From: an uncultured delta proteobacterium
GTDB lineage: Bacteria > Desulfobacterota > Desulfobacteria > Desulfobacterales > JAHEIW01
Reading direction: 5' to 3'
DNA: 64,000 nt
Assembly (NCBI GenBank): GCA_963706575.1
Contig: CAVPNL010000008.1
Location: 96,001 to 160,000, forward strand
The position numbers were made by a program, and so were the translations under genes. Of the stretch, positions 41,123 to 52,069 are shown piece by piece. Position 1 is the first letter of the stretch; each line of letters begins with the position of its first letter. The notes under the pieces were generated by a model. That model was not told the origin of the DNA and made no database searches. It saw nothing but the letters and a program-made list of their open reading frames with translations.

Positions 41123-42650
41123 ATGTACGCGTACCCATTGCTCTGCCGCCATCCATTTCCAGCACATGGGTCATACAGCTCAGGGTCTCTTCATCCTGAT
41201 TCGGTACATAAATCAAGTTCGTGCGGGTTTGACTTCCGATATATTCGAAAATATCCAGTATCTTTGTTCTATTTTTGATGTCCAGGCCTTGAAAAGGCTC
41301 ATCTAAAATTAGGATCTCAGGAGATTTGACCATGGCCCGGGCGATCATTATCAACTGTCGTTGGCCGTGGGAGAGGCGGCCGAATTTCTGATCGGCCAGT
41401 TCGTCAACACCTAAAAAATGGGTCCATTCTCTGGCAATTGAAAGCTCCTCTGAACTGCATTTTTTATACAGCCCATTTGAATCAAAAAATCCAGAGCAGA
41501 CGACATCGAAGGCATTGATATTTTTGTGCTGGCGGATCTGCAGGTCCGATGAGATGTATCCGATTTGTCTTTTTATGTCCCAGATACTTTCACCGGATCC
41601 TCTTCTTTTCCCGAAAAGATAAATTGCATTTGCGTAGGCCTGTAAATTATCGCCGAGGATCAGTGTTAAAACGGTTGATTTGCCGGCCCCTTTTGGCCCC
41701 AGGATGATCCAATTTTGGCCTTCTTTTACCCGCCAGTTAAATTTATCAAGAATTTGCTGACAGCCATATTTGACCGCTACATTTTTCATCTCGATTAAGA
41801 TCCTTGACGATCGTGAATCCTTTTTTTCAGTGGCAGTGATGGTCTGACCCATTTTTTGGGGATAGTTTTGTATCGGGTTCGGATCAATTTCATAGACCCG
41901 GTTGATGTTTGCAGCAGTAAAAATAGCTTCTTTTTTACCGCTCTTAAAGATTTTACCATACCTTAAAAGCAGGACATGGGTGATATTCGGTATCATTTCT
42001 GCGAATCGGTGGGTAATCAAAATGACCTGCATGTTTCCGTCCATTAAATCATTGATGATTTTGGCCAGGGCATTTCGCGAGGGCTCATCCAATCCGTCGA
42101 AGGGTTCGTCCAGTATCAGTAGCTTGGGGCGCTTTATTAATGCTTTTGCAATTAAGGCGGTATTCATCTCTCCGGTGGACAAAGATCTTATATCTCGCTC
42201 CAGCAGCGGTTCCATTCCGATCCTTTTAGCGATGACGTGCAATCTTTTTGTGTCCTGAATTCCATCCTCGGATTCAACCCGTTCATTTAAAATGATTTGT
42301 TTTACCGTTGTGATTTCATTTATTTTGCCGCTAAATTCCCTAAAATCATCCTCCAGGTCTTCGCGTTCAATAATGTCACGGTGAAGCTCAGGCGATACAT
42401 ATCCAATCGCATTGGCCATGGTGGCCGGGTTCTGGCGGTCTTCGTTTGAAAAATTAAAAATGATATTGCCCCTGACGACCGGCACGGCACCAAAAAGCGA
42501 TTTGGCAAATGTCGTTTTTCCGGATCCGTTAGGACCCAGTATTGCCCAATGCTCATTGGAATTCATCTGCCAGGAGGTATCTTCCAGAAACAGCCGGTCC
42601 CGCAAACGAACGGTCGTGTTGTCCAATGTTATAAAAGGTTCGGGTTCCAT
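41106..42650 (-). CDS. ModF-like double-domain ABC ATP-binding protein
   Basis: Two Walker A motifs (GPNGSGKT, GPKGAGKS), two LILDEPF, SGESIWDIK. Confidence 0.85.
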   Translation of the reverse strand: MEPEPFITLDNTTVRLRDRLFLEDTSWQMNSNEHWAILGPNGSGKTTFAKSLFGAVPVVRGNIIFNFSNEDRQNPATMANAIGYVSPELHRDIIEREDLEDDFREFSGKINEITTVKQIILNERVESEDGIQDTKRLHVIAKRIGMEPLLERDIRSLSTGEMNTALIAKALIKRPKLLILDEPFDGLDEPSRNALAKIINDLMDGNMQVILITHRFAEMIPNITHVLLLRYGKIFKSGKKEAIFTAANINRVYEIDPNPIQNYPQKMGQTITATEKKDSRSSRILIEMKNVAVKYGCQQILDKFNWRVKEGQNWIILGPKGAGKSTVLTLILGDNLQAYANAIYLFGKRRGSGESIWDIKRQIGYISSDLQIRQHKNINAFDVVCSGFFDSNGLYKKCSSEELSIAREWTHFLGVDELADQKFGRLSHGQRQLIMIARAMVKSPEILILDEPFQGLDIKNRTKILDIFEYIGSQTRTNLIYVPNQDEETLSCMTHVLEMDGGRAMGTRTLEVVS

Positions 42651-42655
42651 ATTTT

Positions 42656-43180
42656 TTAATAGTGGGAATCTGCGTATTCCACCCAGCCGCCGGCTTCTAC
42701 AAGGGCCCGGTCAAAGCCAGATAGCGAAAAACTGATTTCTTCTTTTACCTGGCCCCCTTCAATGATGAGCACCTGTTTTTCAAGATGAGATGTTATGTGG
42801 GTTTCCTGCTTTGCGTGGGATTGAAAGAGATGATCGATGGTAGATGCCGGCAGCTCAACCGTCAGCATGCCGCAGTTAAACATATTTTGTCTGAAGATAC
42901 GGGCGAAGCTTTCGGCAATGACCAGATTGATGCCGTTGGCCTCCAGTGCCCAGGGCGCATGCTCTCTGGATGAACCGCAACCGAAATTGGCGCGACTGAC
43001 AATAACTTTTTTACCGGGGATGTCACGGTCCCTATCGAACCCGTCCAGTTGAATATCTTCAAACAGATGCGGTCCGAGCGCTTTTTTAGAGATTTCGGTC
43101 AGGTATTTTGCTGCAATGATTTCGTCGGTGTTGATATCCGCACGATCCAGAAACAATGCCTTGCCGCTGAAGTTTTTCAT
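42656..43180 (-). CDS. leuD: 3-isopropylmalate dehydratase small subunit
   Basis: DINTDEII, NFGCGSSREHAPWAL, SFARIF. Confidence 0.9.
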   Translation of the reverse strand: MKNFSGKALFLDRADINTDEIIAAKYLTEISKKALGPHLFEDIQLDGFDRDRDIPGKKVIVSRANFGCGSSREHAPWALEANGINLVIAESFARIFRQNMFNCGMLTVELPASTIDHLFQSHAKQETHITSHLEKQVLIIEGGQVKEEISFSLSGFDRALVEAGGWVEYADSHY

Positions 43181-44475
43181 TATTTTTTCTTCTTCTTAAA
43201 AAGGGGTGAATTGGTGATATGGCCTGCAATGGCAGAGGCAGCGGCGGTTGCCGGGCTCATTAAATGGATCATTCCGCCTTTGCCCATTCGGCCCATAAAG
43301 TTACGATTGGTGGTTGAGGCGCATACTTCGCCTTCCGCCAGCACGCCGTTGCTCATTCCCAGACAGGCGCCACAGGTGGGATTGGTGACACAAAAGCCGG
43401 CATCCAGAAAGATACCCATAATACCCTCATCCAGCGCCTGCTGGAAAATTTTGGGCGTTGCCGGTGATACAATGCCGCGAACATTGTCGTCAATTTTGTG
43501 TCCCTTTAAAATCTGCGCCGCGATTCTCAAGTCTTCGATCCGGCCGTTGGTGCAGGATCCGATATAAATCTGATCAATTTCAGTGGCATTCATCTCCTGT
43601 ACAGGGCGCACCTGGTCCGGTTTAAATCCATGCGTCACCATGGGCTCCAACTGTGACACATCATGTTCAATTTTATCCTCGTAAGTGGCGTCCGAATCCG
43701 GCCAGAATGCTCTAAATGCTTCCAAAGCTTCGGATTTATCCGAATATTGATCTTGAATAAATGGCCACAGATACTCCAGGGTTGTTTGGTCCGGGTAGCA
43801 AATGCCGCTGGTGGCGCCGGCTTCAACAGCCATGTTGCACAGGGTCATGCGGGCATCCATGCTCATGGCTGAGACCACCGGCCCACTAAATTCAATGACC
43901 TTATTGGTGGCGCCGTCAACGCCGATCCTGCCGATAACCGATAGGATAACGTCTTTAGCAAACACGCCGGCCGGTAGTGTGCCGGTGATATCGATTTTGA
44001 TGGTTTTTGGATAATGAAAGGTGCAAATCCCTTTTAAAATACCAACCTCAAGATCTGTTGTCCCGACTCCGGCGGCAAAGGCGCCGAAAGCCCCGTATGT
44101 GCAGGTATGCGAATCTCCCATAATAATCGTATGCCCCGGTCTGACAAAGCCTTTTTCCGGGAAAAGAACATGACAGATGCCATTTCTGCCGATATCGAAA
44201 AAATCATGAATTTGATGACGTCGCGCCCATTCCCTTAAGATTTTTCCCTGGGTGGCGGTTTTTGAATCTTTGGCGGGAGAGACATGATCGATTACCACTT
44301 TGATCTTTTGGGGATCAAACACGCGGTCTTTGTCCCTTGCGATCAGATCGTTGATGGCTGTCGGGGTTGTAATTTCGTGACAGAAAACGGCATCGAGGCG
44401 CAACACGTGAATATTATCGGAAGGATTATCGATGCGGTGGGAATCGAAAATTTTTTCAGCAACGGTTTTACCCAT
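43180..44475 (-). CDS. leuC: 3-isopropylmalate dehydratase large subunit
   Basis: DSHTCT, IGSCTNGR, CGACLG, STTNRNF. Confidence 0.9.
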   Translation of the reverse strand: MGKTVAEKIFDSHRIDNPSDNIHVLRLDAVFCHEITTPTAINDLIARDKDRVFDPQKIKVVIDHVSPAKDSKTATQGKILREWARRHQIHDFFDIGRNGICHVLFPEKGFVRPGHTIIMGDSHTCTYGAFGAFAAGVGTTDLEVGILKGICTFHYPKTIKIDITGTLPAGVFAKDVILSVIGRIGVDGATNKVIEFSGPVVSAMSMDARMTLCNMAVEAGATSGICYPDQTTLEYLWPFIQDQYSDKSEALEAFRAFWPDSDATYEDKIEHDVSQLEPMVTHGFKPDQVRPVQEMNATEIDQIYIGSCTNGRIEDLRIAAQILKGHKIDDNVRGIVSPATPKIFQQALDEGIMGIFLDAGFCVTNPTCGACLGMSNGVLAEGEVCASTTNRNFMGRMGKGGMIHLMSPATAAASAIAGHITNSPLFKKKKK

Positions 44476-44728
44476 AATGTTCCCCAGGAAGCAATTTTAG
44501 TCTTGAATGTGATTTATACCAGGAATGGCTTATGTTCAAGTTCAATATAAGCCGCCCGCCAAGATTCGCAAGGCTCAAAGCATAGCGCATAGAGCATAGC
44601 GCAAAGCGTTGAATGGTTGCGGTTTCAAGTCAGCTCAAGGCCTTTACGCTATGCCCCATGCGCTTTGCCCCATGCGTGTTTGTCGCATTCCGCAATCCGC
44701 ATTCCGAAATCCAAAATCCGAAATCGAA

Positions 44729-46534
44729 TTAGTCGGAGTCTGACTTTAGTACCGCCAGAAATGCCGATTGCGGAATCATCACTTTCCCGACCATTTTCAT
44801 CCGCTTTTTGCCCTTTTTCTGTTTTTCGAGCAATTTGCGTTTGCGGGTGATATCGCCGCCGTAGCATTTGGCGGTGACATCTTTTCTCAGGGCTGAGATA
44901 GTTTTACGTGCGATAATATTTCCGCCGATGGCCCCCTGAATCGCAATTTTGAACATCTGCTTCGGGATTTCCTGCTTCAGCTTTTCACAGGCCGCTCTGG
45001 CTCTGGCGACAGCATTGTCTTTGTATACCAGCTGCGACAATGCATCCACCCGTTCGCCGTTGATCAAAATGTCCATTTTGACCAGGTCGGTTTCGCGATA
45101 ATCGATCAAGTCGTAATCAAAGGAGCCGTAGCCCTGGGTCAAGGATTTGAGCCGGTCATAAAAGTCATAAATGACCTCTGACAGCGGAATCTCAAATATC
45201 ATTTCGAGGCGGTCGCTGGTGAGATAATGGTAGGTTTTGTTAATCCCGCGCCGCTCAAGGCACAGCGTCATCATCGCCCCCATGTAACGTTTCGGTACGA
45301 TAATGGCCGCGCGGATATAGGGCTCATGGGTCGTCGCTATTCCAGCCGGATCAGGGTAATATGCGGGATTATCGATCGTCATTTCTGAGCCGTCATTCAT
45401 GACCACCTGATATTGAACGGATGGTGCTGTCAGAATAAGCGAAAGATCGTATTCACGCTCCAGCCGCTCCTGGACGACTTCAAGATGTAAAAGCCCCAGA
45501 AAGCCGCAGCGAAAGCCAAAACCCAGGGCCACCGATGAATCCTTTTCATATACCAGCGCGGCATCATTTAATTTAAGCTTTTCCATACCGGCCGCCAGGT
45601 CTTCGTAACCATCTGAGGCCGTCGGGTATATCGAAGAAAAAACCACCGGTTTCGTCGCTTTAAACCCCGCCAGTGGTGAATCGCACGGGCGATCTTTATG
45701 GGTAATGGTGTCCCCGCAACGGGTATCGCTGATCGTCTTTATGCCGGCAATAATGTAACCCACCTGGCCGGCGCAAAGCGTTTGCATGGGGATGCGTTCC
45801 AGCTGGAAAACACCGACTTCTTCGACCCGGTAAGCTGACCGGTTGGATGTGAACATGATGGTGTCTCCCGGCTTTATCTGTCCGGAAAAAATGCGCAGAT
45901 GAACAACCGTGCCGCGGTAGGAATCGTAATGAGAATCAAAAATTAGCGCCTGTAACGGTTCGTCCGCGTCACCGCCGGGCGGCGGCAATTTTGTTACAAT
46001 GGATTCAAGAACCGCGTCGATTCCCAGCCCCTGCTTGGCTGATATCTGAAGAGCGACCTCCGGATCCAGCCCCAGATCTTCCGCAATCTGGTTTTTTACG
46101 CGATCAACATCAGCAGACGGCAGATCGATCTTATTAATGATCGGAATGATTTCCAGATCGTGCTCCAGCGCCAGGTACAAATTGGCTAACGTCTGGGCTT
46201 CAACGCCCTGACTGGCATCGATCAGCAGCAAAGCCCCTTCACAGGCAGCCAGGGCTCGCGAAACTTCATAGGTAAAATCCACATGTCCGGGAGTGTCAAT
46301 CAGGTTTAAAAAATAGGTGTGCTTATCATTGGCGGTGTACGGCAGGCAAATCGTCTGACTTTTTATGGTGATCCCTCGTTCCCGCTCAATATCCATGGTG
46401 TCGAGAATCTGGTCTTTAAAATCACGGTCCTCAATGATATGTGCAGCCTGGATAAGGCGATCAGATAAAGTGGATTTGCCGTGATCAATATGGGCAATAA
46501 TGCTAAAATTTCTAATGTATTGCATCTCAAACAT
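44729..46534 (-). CDS. lepA: Translation elongation factor 4
   Basis: [42 protein letters not shown]. Confidence 0.98.
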   Translation of the reverse strand: MFEMQYIRNFSIIAHIDHGKSTLSDRLIQAAHIIEDRDFKDQILDTMDIERERGITIKSQTICLPYTANDKHTYFLNLIDTPGHVDFTYEVSRALAACEGALLLIDASQGVEAQTLANLYLALEHDLEIIPIINKIDLPSADVDRVKNQIAEDLGLDPEVALQISAKQGLGIDAVLESIVTKLPPPGGDADEPLQALIFDSHYDSYRGTVVHLRIFSGQIKPGDTIMFTSNRSAYRVEEVGVFQLERIPMQTLCAGQVGYIIAGIKTISDTRCGDTITHKDRPCDSPLAGFKATKPVVFSSIYPTASDGYEDLAAGMEKLKLNDAALVYEKDSSVALGFGFRCGFLGLLHLEVVQERLEREYDLSLILTAPSVQYQVVMNDGSEMTIDNPAYYPDPAGIATTHEPYIRAAIIVPKRYMGAMMTLCLERRGINKTYHYLTSDRLEMIFEIPLSEVIYDFYDRLKSLTQGYGSFDYDLIDYRETDLVKMDILINGERVDALSQLVYKDNAVARARAACEKLKQEIPKQMFKIAIQGAIGGNIIARKTISALRKDVTAKCYGGDITRKRKLLEKQKKGKKRMKMVGKVMIPQSAFLAVLKSDSD

Positions 46535-46607
46535 CGTTTTTGCCGGATCCGCTGCTGCATCTTAATTTAGATAGACACTTGAAAGTGTTGAAGAATCTAA
46601 AAGTCAG

Positions 46608-46636
46608 TTGACACAAATTGCCTTTCTGGATATATT
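46608..46636 (+). promoter_or_regulatory. sigma70-type promoter
   Basis: TTGACA-17 bp-TATATT upstream of the REC-GGDEF gene. Confidence 0.65.
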
Positions 46637-46728
46637 ATACATATAAATAAAATAAAAACGTTTACCTATCAAATTATTTCAAATACTGTCAACCCCGGCT
46701 TTCCGGATGGATCCCGGCCAACTAATCA

Positions 46729-47685
46729 ATGGCACTGATGGGAAAAAAGAATTCAAATATTAATGTATTAATCGTTGATGATGACTTGAGCGTCAGAAAT
46801 ACGATGGATGAATATATTGCCAATGCCGGATTTAGTACGTTGGCCGCCTCATCTGCTGAAGAAGCTCTTGAATTAATTGAAAAAAATAATTTTGCTGTCG
46901 TCATTACCGATATTCGATTGCCGGGACTGGGCGGTCTTGAGCTCACCAAAGTCATCAAGCAAAAAAATGGGTCCGATGTCATTGTTGTGACCGGATACAG
47001 CGACGACTATTCCTATGAAGAGGCCATCAATATCGGTGCCAGTGACTTTGTCATCAAACCGGTGCGGCTTGAAGAGTTGCTGCTCAGACTGAGGCGTGTG
47101 CTTAAAGAGCGCCAGCTAAGCTCCGAACGTACCCGTATGATGCAAAAACTGCAAAAGCTCGCCACCACGGACGGTCTCACCAAACTTTACAATTCACGCT
47201 CATTTTACTCCCAGCTTGAATTGGAAGTGGACCGCTACAACCGTTACAAACATCCGCTTTCACTTCTGCTGCTGGACATTGATAATTTCAAAGAGTTCAA
47301 TGACAATTTCGGACATCTGGAAGGCGATAAAGTGCTTGTGCGATTCAGTCAAATCATCAAATCCTGTCTGAGAACAAATGACTCTGCCTATCGTTACGGC
47401 GGTGAAGAGTTTACGGTTATCCTGCCGGAAACAAATGGTGACGAAGCCAAAACTGTGGCCCAGCGTATCCGTTCCTCTCTGGAAACGGAAAAATTTAAGC
47501 CGATACCCGATAAAAATGCTAAAATTACCATCAGCATTGGGGTCACCCAGTACTTTCCCAAAGAGGAATTATCCGCATTTATTCGGCGAGCAGACAAGGC
47601 CATGTACCTTTCCAAGAAAAATGGGCGCAACCGCGTCTCCGTCCTGCTGGCCGAACCCCCTGTAAAGTCCAAACGAAAAGCCTAA
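46729..47685 (+). CDS. Response-regulator diguanylate cyclase (REC-GGDEF)
   Basis: IVDDD, TDIRLP, KP; RTND I-site and GGEEF. Confidence 0.93.
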   Translation: MALMGKKNSNINVLIVDDDLSVRNTMDEYIANAGFSTLAASSAEEALELIEKNNFAVVITDIRLPGLGGLELTKVIKQKNGSDVIVVTGYSDDYSYEEAINIGASDFVIKPVRLEELLLRLRRVLKERQLSSERTRMMQKLQKLATTDGLTKLYNSRSFYSQLELEVDRYNRYKHPLSLLLLDIDNFKEFNDNFGHLEGDKVLVRFSQIIKSCLRTNDSAYRYGGEEFTVILPETNGDEAKTVAQRIRSSLETEKFKPIPDKNAKITISIGVTQYFPKEELSAFIRRADKAMYLSKKNGRNRVSVLLAEPPVKSKRKA

Positions 47686-47850
47686 AAAGTTCAGAGTGCC
47701 TAAAATGACTAAAGTGAGCTAAAGTGCCTAAAGTTGTGGTGTCGCTCGCGCAGCGCAGGCGCTTGCGCCGCGTGCCGCTCCGTCGTTTATAAAATGGATA
47801 GAATTCCTTAACTTTAGTCACTTTAGATCACTCCCAACTTTAGTCACTTG
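47686..47850. repeat. Inverted arrays of 9-10 bp microrepeats between convergent genes
   Basis: GTGCCTAAAATGACTAAAGTGAGCTAAAGT ... ACTTTAGTCACTTTAGATCACT. Confidence 0.6.
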
Positions 47851-47864
47851 TTTTTTAACTACTT

Positions 47865-48836
47865 CTAAGTGTCAATGGTGACTTTCAGAAACAAATCCCC
47901 GCTTCCGCGCGCGCCTGCGCGCTGTCCGAGGCCCTTGAGCCGCAGGACGGTTCCTTCCTGAATACCGGCCGGCACCTTTACGTTAAACGACCTTTTTTGA
48001 AATCCCAACGGAATATTGACCAGTTTCCGGGTACCGTTGACCGCCTCATGCGGCGTTATTTTGATCACACCATACAGGTGCGAGTCTTTTCCTGAACTTG
48101 CCGGGCGAATGACTTGCAGACGCGGTGTTTTCCTTTTGGCGGTGAATTGACGCAGCTGACGGGACACTCCGGTATCCGGCAAGGCACTAAATAGCTTCAA
48201 AAACAGCATGCCGAATACAAAACCGCCGATATGCGCCCACCAGGCAATACCACCTGCGGTTCCGTGACTGCCGGCGGCATTGATAAACTGCAAGATAAAC
48301 CACAGGCCGAGAAAAATAAATGCCGGTATATTGATAAAATAGGGAATAAAAAAAATCGGAATGAGCGTTAGAATTTTTGATCTGGGATGCAGAATAAAAT
48401 AGGCCCCCATGACGCCGGCAATGGCCCCGCTGGCCCCGATCGTGGGCACATTCGACTGCAGGTTTAAGATCAGGTGGGAAAGCCCGGAGGCGACACCACA
48501 CAGCAGGTAAAATAGCGCATAGCGGATGGACCCCAAGCGGTCTTCGACATTATCACCGAAAATGTATAGGGACCACATATTGCCCAGAAGGTGCCAAAAG
48601 CTGCCGTGCAAAAACATAAATGAAAGCAGTGAAAGAACCTGCTGGCTTGCGCTAAAATATTCGGCGACCTGGGGAATGGAGTAGCGCGCCGGGACCAGGC
48701 CATAGATATAGATGAATCGGTTTATTTCAGGGCCCTGGAGATGTTGAATTAAATAAACGACAACATTGATACCGATAATTGCGGTGTTAACAACAGGGTA
48801 ATTTCGGGTAGGCGTTGTGTCGCGTAATGGTATCAT
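47865..48836 (-). CDS. Rhomboid intramembrane serine protease with DnaJ C-terminal-like domain
   Basis: FLHG..HLLGNM, GASGA, AHIGG; C-terminal EAVNGT...VKVPAGIQEGTVLRLKGLG...GDLFL. Confidence 0.88.
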   Translation of the reverse strand: MIPLRDTTPTRNYPVVNTAIIGINVVVYLIQHLQGPEINRFIYIYGLVPARYSIPQVAEYFSASQQVLSLLSFMFLHGSFWHLLGNMWSLYIFGDNVEDRLGSIRYALFYLLCGVASGLSHLILNLQSNVPTIGASGAIAGVMGAYFILHPRSKILTLIPIFFIPYFINIPAFIFLGLWFILQFINAAGSHGTAGGIAWWAHIGGFVFGMLFLKLFSALPDTGVSRQLRQFTAKRKTPRLQVIRPASSGKDSHLYGVIKITPHEAVNGTRKLVNIPLGFQKRSFNVKVPAGIQEGTVLRLKGLGQRAGARGSGDLFLKVTIDT

Positions 48837-48837
48837 A

Positions 48838-48997
48838 GTGCGGGTTACGGGTTGCGCGTTGCGGGTTACGCGGTACGAGTTGCGTGTTACGTGTTGCGCG
48901 TTTCGGGTTACGCGTTAAGGCAACATCTACTGTGTTGCAGCGATGGGTTCTGGTTTTTTAGAATTTAACCCGCAACCCGTAACTCGTAACTCGCAAC
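48838..48997. repeat. Inverted arrays of 7-bp degenerate repeats
   Basis: (GGGTTAC/GCGTTGC)n followed by (AACCCGC/AACTCGT)n. Confidence 0.65.
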
Positions 48998-51661
48998 TTA
49001 GGTATCAAGCTCTTGTATCCGTTTTAGATGCGACGCTAATTTCTGCTGTTTTTCCTGAAAGCCGGCGTGTTTTGCCTTCACCTGCTCAACCACATCCTGT
49101 GGCGCCTTGTTCAGGAAATTTTCATTTTCCAGCTTCTTTGAAACTGCTGCCAGCTCATTTTCCAGCTTATTCATTTCTTTTTCAAGGCGCCGGGCCTCTT
49201 TGCCAAAATCGATAATTCCTTCTAAAGGAACAAAAATCGTGGCACCGCCAACCACAGCGGTAGCTGAAGATTTTGGCCTTTCAGCACTCTCATTGACGCT
49301 AAATGCACCCAGTTTGGCAAGGTTGATAATGATATCCTGGTGATGTTCCAATGTATTTTTAATATTCGTTTCTTTAGTGTGAACCATGGCTGTCAGATTT
49401 AAGGAAGGCGAAATATTCATTTCTCCTCTGATGTTTCTGACGGCAGATATGAGATAGATTAGCAGGTCCATTTCAGACTCTGCCTTATCTTCACGACGAA
49501 TGTCGGTGCTGTCCTCTCGATCCGCAGGAAATACGGCCTTCATAATGGATTCCTGAGTTCCGGGCAGCTTATGCCATATTTCTTCGGTGACAAACGGCAT
49601 AAACGGATGCAGCAGTATGAGCGTATCGTGCATGACGCGCCATAAGACCCCGAGGGTGGTCTCTTTTTTTTGTGGGCCTTCTTTTTCGTATAGAGCTGGT
49701 TTGATCGCCTCTAGGTACCAGTCACAAAATTGGTGCCAGACAAAATTATAGATTTCGGCGGCCGCATCGTTAAAACGATAGCTATCGAGCGCCTCGGCCA
49801 CCGTCTGGGTGACGCGACTGAGGCGGGACAAAATCCAGCGGTCCGGAAGCGATAGGTCATCAAAGTTAATCTTCGGGTAGGGCTGATCAATATGCATCAG
49901 CGCAAAACGGGCGGCATTCCACAGTTTGTTTACAAAATGACGGTATCCTTCGATGCGTTTTTCCGACATTTTGACGTCCCGGCCCTGGGCGGCAAAAGCC
50001 GCCAGGGTAAAGCGGAATGCATCGGTGCCATACTGCTCGATGACCGTTAACGGGTCAATGACGTTACCCGTTGATTTGCTCATTTTTTTGCCTTCTTCAT
50101 CGCGAACGAGCGCATGCACATACACGTCGGTAAAGGGCACTTCTTTCATGAATTGGATGCCCATCATCATCATACGTGCCACCCAGAAGAAGAGAATGTC
50201 AAACGCCGTTACCAGGACCGATGTTGGGTAAAACGTTTTTAGAAGCGGGGTTTTTTTCGGCCAGCCCATTGTTGAAAACGGCCACAGAGCCGAACTGAAC
50301 CAGGTGTCCAGTACATCGGTTTCCTGTACCAGCTTTGTTCCGCCGCATTGGGGGCAGGAGCGGGGTGCTTCCATAGAAACGATCATTTCATCACACCCCT
50401 CACAGGTCCAGGCCGGTATCTGATGGCCCCACCAGATCTGGCGGGAAATACACCAGTCGCGAATATTTTCCAGCCAATCATAATAGGTCTTGGTCCATGT
50501 ATCGGGTATGATGCGGGTCTGGCCGGATTTAACGGCTTCAATCGCTTTTTGCGCCATGGGTTTTACTTTTACAAACCATTGTTTTGAAAGATTCGGTTCC
50601 ACCATTGTGTGGCAGCGATAACAATGACCGACGCTGTGACGATAGGGTTCGATTTGTTCCAAACGCTTTTCTGCTTTCAATGCCTCAACCACCGCCTTGC
50701 GGGCTTCAAAACGATCGAGGCCTGCAAAATTTCCGGCATCCGGCGTCATTTTGCCGTCGTCTCCGATAACCTTAATGGCGGGCAGTTGGTGGCGCATTCC
50801 GATTTCAAAGTCATTGGGGTCATGGGCCGGTGTTACCTTTAACCCACCGGTACCGAATGCCATGTCCACATAGCTGTCTTTGATGAGCGGAATTTCCCTA
50901 TCCATCAACGGGAGAATAACGGATTCTGATTTAAGGTTCTGGTAGCGTTCATCATCCGGGTGCACGGCCACCGCCGTGTCACCCAGCATCGTCTCGGGCC
51001 TGGTAGTGGCCACCACAATATCGCCGTCGCCTTTGGTAAACGGATAACGGATATGATACAGATGGCCGTCGCGTTCTTCGTGTTCGACTTCAAGGTCGGC
51101 CAGGGCCGTGTGGCATCGATGACACCAGTTGATGATGTAATCATCACGATAGATAAGGCCCTCATGGTAGAGCTCCACAAAGACCTTGCGTACCGCTTGC
51201 GATAATCCTTCATCCATTGTGAAGCGTTCCCGATTCCAATCACAGGAAGCGCCGAGCCGTTTTAACTGATTGATGATTTCACCACCGTACTTTTTACGCC
51301 ATTCCCAGACCGCATCGATAAATTTTTCTCTGCCCAGCTGGTGGCGATCGCTGCCCTCGGCGGCCAGTTTTTTTTCGACGACGTTTTGAGTGGCAATGCC
51401 GGCATGATCCGTTCCCGGCATCCAAAGCACATTGTCTCCGCGTAAGCGCCGATAGCGGCAAAGCACATCCTGCAGGGTGTTGTTAAGCGCGTGGCCCATA
51501 TGCAGGACACCGGTAACATTCGGCGGCGGAATAACAATCGAATACGCTTTTTGAGAACTTTTTTCTTTGGCAGCAAACAAATCCTGCTCTTCCCAGTATT
51601 GATACCAGCGTTTTTCAACCTCATGCGGCTCGTAAGCCTTTTCAAGTAAATTTGAATTCAT
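48998..51661 (-). CDS. valS: Valine--tRNA ligase
   Basis: PPPNVTG.LHMGH, DWCISRQ, KMSKS, C-terminal coiled coil. Confidence 0.98.
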   Translation of the reverse strand: MNSNLLEKAYEPHEVEKRWYQYWEEQDLFAAKEKSSQKAYSIVIPPPNVTGVLHMGHALNNTLQDVLCRYRRLRGDNVLWMPGTDHAGIATQNVVEKKLAAEGSDRHQLGREKFIDAVWEWRKKYGGEIINQLKRLGASCDWNRERFTMDEGLSQAVRKVFVELYHEGLIYRDDYIINWCHRCHTALADLEVEHEERDGHLYHIRYPFTKGDGDIVVATTRPETMLGDTAVAVHPDDERYQNLKSESVILPLMDREIPLIKDSYVDMAFGTGGLKVTPAHDPNDFEIGMRHQLPAIKVIGDDGKMTPDAGNFAGLDRFEARKAVVEALKAEKRLEQIEPYRHSVGHCYRCHTMVEPNLSKQWFVKVKPMAQKAIEAVKSGQTRIIPDTWTKTYYDWLENIRDWCISRQIWWGHQIPAWTCEGCDEMIVSMEAPRSCPQCGGTKLVQETDVLDTWFSSALWPFSTMGWPKKTPLLKTFYPTSVLVTAFDILFFWVARMMMMGIQFMKEVPFTDVYVHALVRDEEGKKMSKSTGNVIDPLTVIEQYGTDAFRFTLAAFAAQGRDVKMSEKRIEGYRHFVNKLWNAARFALMHIDQPYPKINFDDLSLPDRWILSRLSRVTQTVAEALDSYRFNDAAAEIYNFVWHQFCDWYLEAIKPALYEKEGPQKKETTLGVLWRVMHDTLILLHPFMPFVTEEIWHKLPGTQESIMKAVFPADREDSTDIRREDKAESEMDLLIYLISAVRNIRGEMNISPSLNLTAMVHTKETNIKNTLEHHQDIIINLAKLGAFSVNESAERPKSSATAVVGGATIFVPLEGIIDFGKEARRLEKEMNKLENELAAVSKKLENENFLNKAPQDVVEQVKAKHAGFQEKQQKLASHLKRIQELDT

Positions 51662-51735
51662 TAGATAACTGTTCCTCCATCGGACTGCTCAAACAAGAAA
51701 CTCAACGTAATGCCTGCATACGGCTGCCTGAAAGC

Positions 51736-51762
51736 AAAAAGGGGATTATTGAATAATCCCCT
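51736..51762 (-). terminator. Hairpin terminator between the acidic-protein gene and valS
   Basis: Minus strand AGGGGATTATT-C-AATAATCCCCT followed by a T run. Confidence 0.55.
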
Positions 51763-51767
51763 GGGAT

Positions 51768-52031
51768 TACCTGAATTTTGCACGAGTCGGAGGCTTTCAT
51801 ATGCAAGGCACTTAAGGGCGGGACTATAATGAACTATGTCTCGCCCTTAATAACGCAGCAGATGGAAGCCTCCGGCTCGCCGCGTTGTTCTCAGGGTGAA
51901 AAGTAATGAGATAAAATGATTTTCAACCATTTTATTTGATCGGTATTTCTTTGTGCTTCTATAATTTACTTAACTTGCTATCTTTAAATGTGATCCTAAC
52001 CTCTCATTAATTTTCATGCAAGATTCGGGTA
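51768..52031. mobile_element. MITE-like element of a second family (~264 bp)
   Basis: Imperfect TIR TACCTGAATTTTGCACGA / TCATGCAAGATTCGGGTA; internal CGGAGGCTT...AAGCCTCCG hairpin. Confidence 0.55.
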
Positions 52032-52069
52032 TTAGCATAGTCATGATAGAAAATATAGTTTTTTATTTA

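Noticed and set aside
51662..52069. T-box riboswitch upstream of valS
   Set aside because: A terminator is present but no T-box consensus (GGTGG.ACCGCG) was found; a MITE-like element explains the region.
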